Assembly (NCBI RefSeq): GCF_001194135.2
Contig: NC_068981.1
Span: 190,284,299-190,316,667 of the forward strand
Source of the DNA: Octopus bimaculoides
Taxonomy: Eukaryota
Direction of reading: 5' to 3'
DNA: 32,369 nt
Position 1 is the stretch's first letter. Each line of letters begins with the position of its first letter. A program made the position numbers and the translations under genes. Shown in pieces: positions 22,339 to 32,369 of this stretch. A model generated the notes under the pieces. The model did not search any database, had not been told where the DNA came from, and worked only from the letters and a program-made list of their open reading frames with translations.

Positions 22339-23908
22339 CCCAGTGTAATATAAATAGTTGATAATAGCAACAACAATAATATAAGTGGTCGCAAGCCTAA
22401 AATAGCATTATATAGCTATAGAATTAAAATGTATATCCCTCATAAGGATACACAAATGCGCCTGCCTGCTAGAAATAAGAGTTAAAACTCTCATTTAAAC
22501 CACCAATAATAACACTGAAAATTACGGCAGAAAATCAACAGTGGTCAGGCGAACAGGCCAAATGATTTTGTTATAAGCATTCACAAGAGTCAAAGAGCAG
22601 AAAATCACAGGATGCCAGAAATGGCTAGGTATGAAAATATAGAGCTGACAGTGAAATAAACATTGAAGACATCAAGGGTTAGTAAAGTGCTATGGATACG
22701 CAAGGACCAAATTCAATTTAAACCATAGATCTGACTCAGGAGTGGTTCGTAGGTGTAGTTTAATTATAAAAAGCAAACACGGATGATGTTTAAACTTTAC
22801 AAAAGGCTGTTTTAGTAGAATGTTGTTTATTTAATGCTGTCGTAAAAGATTACGTCATAATGTATGATATACCATCATCAGGTAAAACTTTCAATAGGTA
22901 AGATTTTAAACATCGACTCTGACATAACTGACATTAGCTGAAGTTGTGATTCATTTAACTTACACATTTGAATATAGAAGAGAAACCAAATAGCCATCAA
23001 CCTTCACTCTCTCCTATCCACACATATATACAACAGACAAACACACACACACGCGCGCACACATCTTATGATACCATGAAATTGTAATAATTTCACAGTA
23101 TCGTAAGAAGTTTTTAGTCTATGTTAGCTGCAGGAAAGTTGTTTCACGAATGAATCCGTAATTAAATGAATCTAAGAGGAGGTAATTAGTGATTGTTATT
23201 ATGAGGGACAGGTGGGTAGTTATTCTTTTTTGTTATTGGAGGTGAGTTGATAGTATTTACATAACGAAGTTATAAATTTATGAATTAAAATATTTACAAA
23301 TCCCAAATTGCGTATGTGTTCATATTCAGGTGTGATTTGTATTTTTCTTTATTTAATTGTTGTATAGAAATTGTTTCCTTGCATTGGTAAGTGGGGAAGA
23401 CAGCTTGGTCTGAGATTCCCTACCCATCTCTATGTGTTTGTTTATTGATATTTTTCTATACCTTGGGAAACGGATCTGTTACTTCTGCAGTGTTGCTTTC
23501 CATCGGAGAGACATCCTTGTTTAGCCTAGGTAGTTGTGTCCACATCTTGAACAAGTTATCATATAAATAAAATTTTCAGATGCGCAGGTGAAATTAATCT
23601 TAATCATGAATCTCTGTTCTCATTTGAAATGAAATTCCGAACTTCTAGTAACCTTAAGCATGTTCCATAATTAAGAAGACCACAACTTTTAACTCTTGAT
23701 TCTATTGTTGCTGGGTTTAAATTCACACCTGTCAGTATACTTATACACACGCACACATGCGCATACGCACGCAGACACACACACGTACATACACACACGT
23801 GCATATGTATTCAGGCACACACACACACACACACACACATATACATATATATGTGCATGTATGTATATATGTGTGTGTACATATACATATGCACATATGT
23901 ATACACAC

Positions 23909-23942
<34 letters not shown>

Positions 23943-23952
23943 NNNNNNNNNN

Positions 23953-24435
23953 TTAACGTCCGTTGTCCACGCTGGCATGGGTTGGATGGTTTGACCAGGG
24001 CTGGCAAGCTGGAAGGCTGCACCAGACACCAGACTGATCTGGCATGGTTTCTACAGCTGGATGCCCTTCCTAATGCCAACCACTCAGAGAGTGTAATGGG
24101 TGCTTTTGCATGCTACTGGCATGGATGCCAGTTACGTGACATCAGCATCAGCCACAACTAATTTCACTTGGCTTGATGAGTCTTCTCAAGCACAGTATAT
24201 CGCCAAAGATCTTGGTCATTAGTCATTGCCTCTATGAGGTCCAAAGTTTGAAGATTATGCTTCACCACTTCATCCCATGTCTTCCTGAGTCTACCTCTAC
24301 CGCAGGTTCCCTCCACAGTTAGAGATCAGCACTTCTTTACACAGCTGTCCTCGTCCATATGCATCACAGGACCATACCAGCGCATCGTTTCTCTTGCACA
24401 CTGCATCTGATGCCTCTTATGCCTAACTTTTCTCA
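23953..24435 (-). mobile_element. 5'-truncated RTE LINE 3' end
   Basis: Tail ttaacgtccgttgtccacgctggcatgggttgg...tttctacagctggatgcccttcc. 24230-24435 is the reverse complement of the RTE C-terminal coding region seen at 3690-3930. Confidence 0.85.
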
Positions 24436-24538
24436 GTTAGCTTCAAATTTACTTTGCCCTGAAAATTAAAAATTGAGATTCGCTTAATTGACTATTTATG
24501 ATACAACATATCAACTGGATCAAGGAATGAAAATTTTG

Positions 24539-24539
<1 letters not shown>

Positions 24540-24632
<93 letters not shown>
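24540..24632. repeat. (CA)n microsatellite
   Basis: Direct inspection. Confidence 0.95.
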
Positions 24633-24634
<2 letters not shown>

Positions 24635-25367
24635 AGACCGAGGTGCCATGAGATCACTTCAGACCACGATGTTATGAGATAACGACTTTGCTGTTCTATT
24701 TCCAGATAATAGTAAAAAGAATATTTGGACAACGTTAATACACAATAATTTTTCAATGGTTATTCCTGAAAATAAACACGTTCGTAGATTTGGTATTAGA
24801 AGATATACAATCAGCACATTGCAGAAAAAGTTACAGTAATTACTTGAGAAATAACTTGGAAACTCTACGAGCGGAACAACTTATTAGGCTACGTAAATGC
24901 GATGCAGAAGGAGAGGCTTTACTTCAAACAATAAAAATCCAGCCATCCCAATTATGACCCGCTGCAGTTTTTCATTGATATTTTCATCCTGTGAGAGATG
25001 ATGGAAGCTTATAATGGTATTTGGTGTTGCAGAGGGGGAAAAATTACACGAGAAAATTACACACAAATAGATTACTGCTTGGATAGGATTTTCCTTATCT
25101 TTGCTACTTGGATTGTTCAGCCTGAGAAAATTATTATTTCTTTTATCCTACTCCACCATCGACTTCTCCCCCATCTCCCTCCTCCTTCTTTTCCTCTTCC
25201 TCCTCCTCCTCTTCCTCCTAATTCTTCTCTTCCTCCTTTTTTCATCCTCATCATTGTGGTTGTCATTATCTTCACTGTCGTCGTCATCATTATTGTCATC
25301 ACTATCGTTATATTATTATTATTATTATTATTATCATCATCATCATCATCATCATCANNNNNNNNNN

Positions 25368-25411
<44 letters not shown>

Positions 25412-25412
<1 letters not shown>

Positions 25413-26556
25413 TTCATTAGCATCTTCTTTAATTTCTGTTTCCATTTCTTGTTGAGTGTCTTCCTGACACCTAGGGCAGAGAAGCGCACCGTATAGATTG
25501 GTAGGCCATTGAAATAAACACACCAGGTTATTCATTTACAAAGTCATGCGATAGAGAAAAAAGGGGAAGACAGAGAGAAAAAATAAAAAATAAAAATGAA
25601 CAAATAAAATAAAGGGGAAAAAAGGAAAGGTGACTCACAGCGTCAATGCCTTACTCAATACGTGTGACGTACCAGGTAAGACAATCTTTTGTACTTCTTG
25701 TATTGATGGTAAGCCAGGGATCATTCTTAAAATAATTTTCAGTTCCTATTTTGATCATTGCAAGGGCTTCTACAATCACTGGTATTGTAACAGTCTTGAG
25801 ATGCCACATCTTTTAGATTTCAATTAGCAAATCTTTATATTTTCTGAGCTTATCAAATTCTTTTGCTGAGATATTATGGTCACAGGGCATGCTCATGTCA
25901 ATCAATAAACAGACTTTATTGTTTTGATCTTTCACAACAATCTCTGGTGTATTTGCTTTGATGGTCCGGTTGGTACATACTGGAAAGTCCCAAAGAATCG
26001 TTACATTTTCTCCCTCAGTTTACAGCCTCAAGATGGTGCTTGTACCATTTGTCAGCAGTTTTGATTTTACAATGCCGACACATTATCCAGTGTAAATATT
26101 GACCAACTCCGTCATATCTTGATTTGTACTCTACATGTGCTAAAACCTTACATCCAGAGATTAGGTGGTCCACTGTTTCTATCCCATCGTTGCCGTATCG
26201 GCACTTTGGGTCTACACTATTTTCCATCTCATTGGCTTGATAGTTCCGGGTCAATAAGCTCTGCCTATAGTCCTGAGCTCCGTAGCCACTAATGGCTGTG
26301 CTTCCGGTCGACATTAGCTTCTTTGCTACGGACCACATATCTGCCGGACGTTTTTGTTCCCACCTATCAGCCAATTGTTCAACGCATTTTGCTTTGCTAT
26401 TGATTTCACCTTCTTTGCAACTACAGTTGCTGCACTTCCATCATGCTGTTCCACCTGGGTATTATGCATAAACTCACTTGAAATTTTTTTTGCTCTCCTT
26501 CATAACAGAATGAAGCTTCTTTCATCTTTCATGATTTTCAACAATCTTTAGTATCT
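25412..26556 (-). mobile_element. 5'-truncated R4/Dong element copy C (CCHC + REL endonuclease + 3' UTR), decayed
   Basis: With stops and frameshifts: DPKCRYGNDGIETVDHLISGCKVLA..YLHWIMC..KWYKHH..ILWDFPV..IKANTPEIVVKD..CLLIDMSMPCDHNISAKEFDKLRKYKDL..MWHL..QKIVLPGTSHVLSKALTL*. The 3' end abuts a (TAC)n/(TGA)n/(TAA)n tract at 25310-25411. Confidence 0.9.
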
Positions 26557-26620
26557 ATCATCATCATCATCATCATCATTATTATTATCATCATCATTAT
26601 TATCGTTATTATTATTATTA
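26557..26620. repeat. (ATC)n/(ATT)n tract between R4/Dong copies B and C
   Basis: Direct inspection. Confidence 0.9.
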
Positions 26621-27273
26621 TGTTTGTTTTCTTCTTTCTTCAAATTTTCTTCCATTTCTTGCCGAGTGCTTTCCATACATCTAGGGCAGAGAAGCTCATT
26701 GTATGCATTCCCAGTTTACACACGCAAATTCACAGGTAAAATATGTATTTTAAAAAAATTAATAAATAAATTCATGAATGGATGTTGTTTTCACAGCGAT
26801 AATGCTCTTCTCAGTACATGAGTCGTTCCAGTGAACACGATTTTTTGCACTTCCTGTAGGGATGTTAAGCCTGGTATCATTGTCAAATAGGTTTCAGTAC
26901 CTTTTTTTTTATCATTCCTAAAGATCCTATAATCACTGATACGTTAGTCACCTTGAGATGCCACATTTTTTTCAATTTCTGTTGGCAAATTTTTATATGT
27001 AAATATAAAGACTTACTAATAGAAATTGAAAAAAATGTGGCATCTCAAGGCAACTACCGTACCAGTGATTATCAAATTCTTTCGCCGCTATATTATGATC
27101 GCAATGAATATTCATGTCAATTAATAAACACATCTTTTTTGTCTGATCTTTTATAATAAAATCCGGTTTATTAGCTTTCATAGTTTTGTCGGTATGTACG
27201 AGGAAGTCCCAGAGAATCTCCCTCAGTCACAGCTTCAGGATGGTGTTTATACCATTTGTCAGCGGTTTTGATA
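26621..27273 (-). mobile_element. 5'-truncated R4/Dong element copy B (REL domain + 3' UTR) with an internal inverted duplication
   Basis: IKTADKWYKHHPEAV..ILWDFLVHTDKTMKANKPDFIIKD..CLLIDMNIHCDHNIAAKEFD..MWHLKVT..IIGSLGMIK..QKIVFTGTTHVLRRALSL*. Same family as copy C. Confidence 0.9.
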
Positions 27274-27344
27274 ACACTTCCAATAAGTTAAGATGAGAAG
27301 CCAAGAGAGCCATTGTCTGGTACTGCATCAGGTCTATTATTATT

Positions 27345-29970
27345 TGATGAAAACTCAGCTTATCTTGCTGGGTATAATGGCAAGTGTCAGATGTCCACAG
27401 CCAGTAGACTAAAGTGACACTTGTTTACTGGTCATACTTCAAAGAACTCTGCAAAGAATTCTTGCAGTTCTAAGCAATGTTGATTTTTGTAGGTGTTTTA
27501 TCTTTACATTTATATGAATCCTTTTGAGACACGTCGGTCGTTGATTTCCACAGAGCTCCCAATGGATCATTCTTGCCACATTGTCATCTTGTCTTTTGTA
27601 TTCCAGTTGTGCTAATATCAGGCATCTGCTCACGATGTGCCATACCGTTTCACCCTTCTCACCACATATTCTGCATTTGTCGCTATCGTTTGTGTAGTCG
27701 ATTCTGCACTTCACATAATTAGTCCTTAATGCTTCGTCATGTGCTGCACATATAAGTACTTCTGTCTCTATCTTCAGGCCACTCCTCGTCCATATCCACA
27801 GGTTTTCTGTATCTCTCCTGGTGTTCGTATCTCTTGCAAACTGATTGTACATTTTTCTCATTCCATGCTGTTTCGTCTTTTCGTGTTCTTTTCCTCTAAG
27901 TCTTTTCTTTCTTTTCACAATTATCATTTTTAATGATGCCGGCCTTCTTCACATGTTTCAACAATGGTTTTACATACCATCCTAAGCTCTTTTTCTCTGA
28001 TTCAATACAATACTGGCAACTGATCAAACCTCTCCCACCCTTTCTACTGCACAAGTACAGCCTATCAATGACAATCTTAGGGTGGAAGGATCTGTGTACT
28101 GTGAACATTTTTCTTGTCTTCATATCCAGTTCTTTCTTTTTGCCATTTTATGATTCCAGCACCATACTGGAGCAATGCTATCGCCCATGTTTTAAGCGTT
28201 TGGATTTTATTCTATCTGGTCAATTTTGAGCGCAACACCAATCTTAGTCTTCGGAAATATTCCATCCTCTGTTGCTTTTTCATTTCTTTTTCCATTATCT
28301 TATTGAACTCTAGTATACCAAGGTATGTGTAGCCTTCCGTTTAAATTTGCTTAATCAATTCTCCATTAGATAATTCTATCCTTGCCTCTTTTCAGGTACA
28401 TTATTGCACATTTCTTGAGACCGAATTCCACTCTGATATCAGCACTGTAACAGTGAACTGTGTTCACCAAGGAACTCACTTGTGTCTCATCCTTGCCACA
28501 CAGCTTCAAATCATCCATGAAGAGGAGATGGTTGATTGTTTGAGATTTTCCCTTTAGCTGATATCCTACATTCATTTTCCTAAGTACCAATGTCAAAGGG
28601 ATCATGCAAAGAACAAAAAGCAAGGGAGGTAAGCTATCACTCTGGAAAAGCCCTCTTCTGATGCTCAGGGTGCCCAAGCTTTTTTGCTGTAGGATGTCAA
28701 CTCAGTTTTTCAGCCCCCATATTTCTCTTCAGAAAATACATTATATTCCTCACAATTCCAAACATATCTAAGCACTCGATAACCCACAAACGTGGAGTCA
28801 TATCATAAACTGCGATAGTCAATCCAGGCCATTTCCAAATCTGTTTTCCTTTGTTTACAATCTTGTATTACCATTTTGTTTATCAATAATCGATCTTTGG
28901 TTCCTCTGCATCTCCTCCAGCATTTTGTTCCGTCGGTAACATCGTTCTCATCAGGAAAATTGTACAGTCTCTCCTGACAGTAACTTCCACATTAACATGA
29001 GGCAGGATATTGGTCTGTAATTGTCAGCAACATTTCCCTTTGATGTATCCTTCAGGCACAACACCATTCGTCCTTTTGTCAACCAGCCCGGGATTTCTTC
29101 TTCTCCATCGATCAATGCATTAAATTGCTCTGCGATCAATTTATGGCATCTACTGAACTTTTTTATCCAAAAATTCTGTACACTATCAGGTCTTGTTTTC
29201 CAATTGCTTATCTTTTTACTCATGTTTCTGACACTGTCTTCTATAAAGTGGATAATCCACTTGCTGGGGATAAGAAGCTGTTTGCATCAGGCAGCAGAGT
29301 CATTCAGCTTCATTATTGTGTTGTTCTTGCTTACTCCACACCAGGCCTTTTGTATCTACACCATACTTCTTCCTCGCTTTTACGAATTTGCAATCATTCT
29401 TCAAATCCCCTTTTCTTTCCCTGACACATATTGACACTACACTGTTCAGGGAGTTTGTATCTTCTGAATCTCTCCTTTTCCACCAAGGTTTTTTATTTCC
29501 TCTTCTATCCGCCAATGTTCTGTTCTCAGTAGTTCTCAATCCCATTATTTCTGCCACAATCTTACTTGCAACCTTAACAAGATTATTTGTTTGTTTGATG
29601 TTCTTTGTTTCAATGTGTCTCAATACATCATTGAATTTACTTGTCTCTTGATTTAGTCTCCATTAGTTAGCCTTCTTAAAGCCGCACATAAATTCTGTCC
29701 CTTCTGTATTTAATAGATCGTAAATCCTGTTTATTATTAATTGGTCATCATTGTTCAGGTAGACATTGATATCAATTCTTTCACAATTCACGGCAGTTTA
29801 CTCTTGCGAACAATTTTCAAACTCTTCCACTATACCACTTTTGTTTCTCGTATGCCTAGCATCACCTGATATCCTTCTTTTAATAACTTCTAGTTCCAAT
29901 TCTGTTAACCATATACTCTTTCATATTGCTCCTGCTTGGTCTCATAATCTCTCTCTAGTAATTTCAAACA
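27345..29970 (-). mobile_element. Long decayed R4/Dong-clade non-LTR retrotransposon copy A (N-terminal region, RT, CCHC knuckle; REL core deleted)
   Basis: Fragments in order: DQAGAI*KSIWLTELELEVIKRRI; KKPWWKRR; NFWIKKF..IPGWLTKGRMVLCLKD..NYRPISCL; [17 protein letters not shown]; RRGLFQSDSLPPLLFVLCMIPL; INHLLFMDDLKL; EFGLKKCA; RKGGRGL; CRICGEKGETVWHIVSRC; QKSTLLRTARILCRVL*. Many stops and frameshifts; short (TAA)n at 27335-27344. Confidence 0.92.
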
Positions 29971-30318
29971 AATTAAATATATACATCATATCAATTCCAC
30001 ACATAGAAGACATATGCCATCATGATAAACTCCTTCAATGCACAAACATATGAACATTACACATACCCAGAATATCACATAATATAAACAAACTTACCAT
30101 TCAGCACAATTTTTTCCAAAACTTAAACCCAAGGGAGATAATTGCCCAAAAGTTGTTACCCAAGTGTCATCTCACTTGATTTCATGTTTTTGGTTATCAA
30201 GACTTCTCGTGTGACTGAATCGTGAATTTATGAGTTTTCCGTGTTTTAATCCAAAATGGAAACAAATACCAACTCCTCCATGTGATTAATTTGAAAAATT
30301 GTTAAAATATTTTGTTAA

Positions 30319-30353
30319 CATGAAACCAGTGGTAGCCTTAATACACAAACAAT
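30319..30353 (+). repeat. Partial copy of the right arm of the 20548-20723 palindrome
   Basis: catgaaaccagtggtagccttaatacacaaacaat vs catgaaaccaatggtagccttaatccacaaataat (3 mismatches in 35). Confidence 0.7.
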
Positions 30354-30420
30354 CTTTATCCACCAATGTGGTGTTGAGCACTCATTTTTTTGATGATATT
30401 CACAGGCATACATACATGTT

Positions 30421-30479
<59 letters not shown>

Positions 30480-31221
30480 ATTCATATATATATGTGTGTG
30501 TGTGTCTGTGTTCATATATCTCATACATGTAATTAAATTGCCAAACAATGTTATATATTTAAATATTGACATAATCATAACCACATGAACACACATAGTT
30601 TTATAAATGATATTTTCTCCAATTTCCTCAAAACCATTTCTAGTAACCAACTTTAAAAAAATCAAATGCTGCCTTCATTTTTATTCATATATTTATTTAT
30701 TTATTTTTGAAATGCTTTATTGTCATCTTACCAAACACAATATTGTTTTGTTTATATCTATTTATATCTGTTTATATCTATTGATATCGATATATAAATA
30801 TACTAAGGATACATGGAAGAAGTGAGAAACCTTGTTCAACAGTAATGCAGCAATTGCCAGAGGATACAAACATAGAAAAAAAAAATAATAAATAAAATAA
30901 AACGGTGTCGTACAAATGAACAGAGGACATGAAACTATGGAGGAGATTAGTATAATGATATTCAATGCACTTGATATGATAACGTTGAGCAACATGATGA
31001 TATATCTATTTTTTATATCTTCAAGGCTTCTTATTTTAGCTTGTTTATAACGTTCGTATAAATAATAACGATTTCTTTTGATCTAAAACTTTTGGTTATA
31101 TTTAAAAGAATTATCTGCCCTTTATTTATATATTTATTTATTTGTTTGTTTATTTATTTGTTTGTTATTTTCTTTCTTTCCATATTTGCAAATCTATGTC
31201 ACATGACAAAGTGATTTTATC

Positions 31222-31619
31222 AGGCACAGGAGTGGCTGTGTGGTAAATAGCTTGCTTACCAACCACACGGTTCCGGGTTCACGCCCACTGCGTGGCACCT
31301 TGGGCAAGTGTCTTCTACTGTAGCCTCCGGCTGACAAAAGCCTTGTGAGTGGATTTGGTAGACGGAAACTGAAAGAAGCCTGTCGTATATATGTATATGT
31401 ATATATATATATGTTTGTGTGTGTGTGTGTCCCCCCAACATTGCTTGACAACAGATGCAGGTGTGTTTACGTCCTCGTAACTTAGCGGTTCGGTGAAAGA
31501 GACCAATAGAATAAATACTAGGCTCACAAAGAATAAGTCCTCGGGTCGATTTACTCGACTAAAGGCAGTGCTCCAGCATGGCCACAGTCAAATGACTGAA
31601 ACAAGTAAAAGAGTAAAAG
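31222..31619 (+). mobile_element. SINE family 2, full length (tRNA head, CORE-like segment, internal TA/TG microsatellite, tail)
   Basis: A-box-like ggctgtgtggtaa, B-box-like gggttcacgccc. ggcaccttgggcaagtgtctt resembles the CORE-SINE motif GTGACCTTGGGCAAGTCACTT (from memory). Many partial copies in the window. Confidence 0.85.
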
Positions 31620-31630
31620 TGTATGGCCTG

Positions 31631-31947
31631 GCTCTCTGTCGGTTATGACAAACAAATGTTACAGTTGATTTGATCATTGGAACAGCCTGCTAGTGAAACT
31701 AATGTATAAGTGGCTGAGTACTCCACAGACATGCATAACCTAAAGATAAATCTCAGGGAGATTCAGCATGACATTGTGAATGTGACAAGGCTGGTCCCTT
31801 TGAATTACAAAGTACACCTCATTTTTGCCAGTGGAGTAGACTGGAGCAATAAAAAAACAAGGTATCTTGCAAAAGGACACAATGTGCTGCTATGATTCGA
31901 ACTCTTGACCTTGTGGTCATTAGTTGAATGCCTTAACCACTAAGCTA
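31631..31947 (-). mobile_element. tRNA-derived SINE with CORE-like centre and family-3 tail
   Basis: Minus: tagcttagtggttaaggcattc..gagttcgaatc..gtgtccttttgcaagatacctt..attgctccagtctactccactggcaaaaatg, then a tail matching 9075-9240. Confidence 0.7.
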
Positions 31948-32042
31948 AGGAGCTTCAGGTTATCAATATAAAGTCTGTTAAAGACCAAGGACACATTCAC
32001 CTTTGTCCTGGGGTTCAATTTCATATGATGAGTGTAGTGTAT

Positions 32043-32333
32043 GGGGCGGTGAGCTGGCAGAATCGTTAGCATGCTGGGCGAAATGCTTAGCAGCATTTCA
32101 TCTGCCATTACATTCTGAGTTCAAGTTCTGCTGAGGTCGACTTTGCTTTTCATCCTTACGGGGTCGATTAAATAAGTACCTGTAACACTTAGCAGTTCGG
32201 CAAGAAGACACCAATAGAATAAGTTCTAGGCTTACAAAGAATAAGTCCTGCGGTCGATTTGCTTGACTAAAAGGTGGTGCTCCAAGCATGATCACAGTCA
32301 AATCACTGAAACAAGTAAAAGAATAAAAGAATA
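32043..32333 (+). mobile_element. Chimeric SINE: family 1 head/centre joined to family 2 tail
   Basis: 32043-32180 aligns with 15885-16022; 32181-32333 aligns with 31476-31619. Confidence 0.7.
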
Positions 32334-32369
32334 TATACGATGTAATTAGCAAAGTTGAATGGTGTCTAT

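Noticed and set aside
24998-25090. TQIDYCL as a remnant of an AP-endonuclease (S.IDY motif)
   Set aside because: A single short motif with no other supporting APE motifs nearby.
1-32369. CRISPR arrays, prokaryotic operons or defence systems
   Set aside because: No regularly spaced repeat-spacer units and no gene-dense prokaryotic organisation; the sequence is eukaryotic repeat-rich DNA.

Overview
Repeat-dense, AT-rich eukaryotic genomic DNA with eight N-gaps. It is probably intronic or intergenic sequence from a cephalopod; the octopus assignment is my inference from the SINE/LINE families and the microsatellite load. No host protein-coding gene could be identified with confidence, and nearly all long ORFs in the track are artefacts of N-gaps or microsatellites. 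Supported content: (1) RTE-clade LINE 3' fragments and isolated RTE tails; (2) several modular tRNA-derived SINE families; (3) four decayed R4/Dong-clade (REL-endonuclease) non-LTR elements on the minus strand, three of them head-to-tail and all adjoining (TAA)n-type tracts; (4) two fold-back palindromes, one MITE-like and one inside an R4/Dong copy. The most interesting signal is a set of minimal Penelope-type hammerhead ribozyme motifs. One lies inside a tRNA-headed SINE (7125-7170, minus strand). Two more form the arms of a ~190-bp inverted repeat (10634-10823). All were found by eye, and no folding, search or activity test was run.
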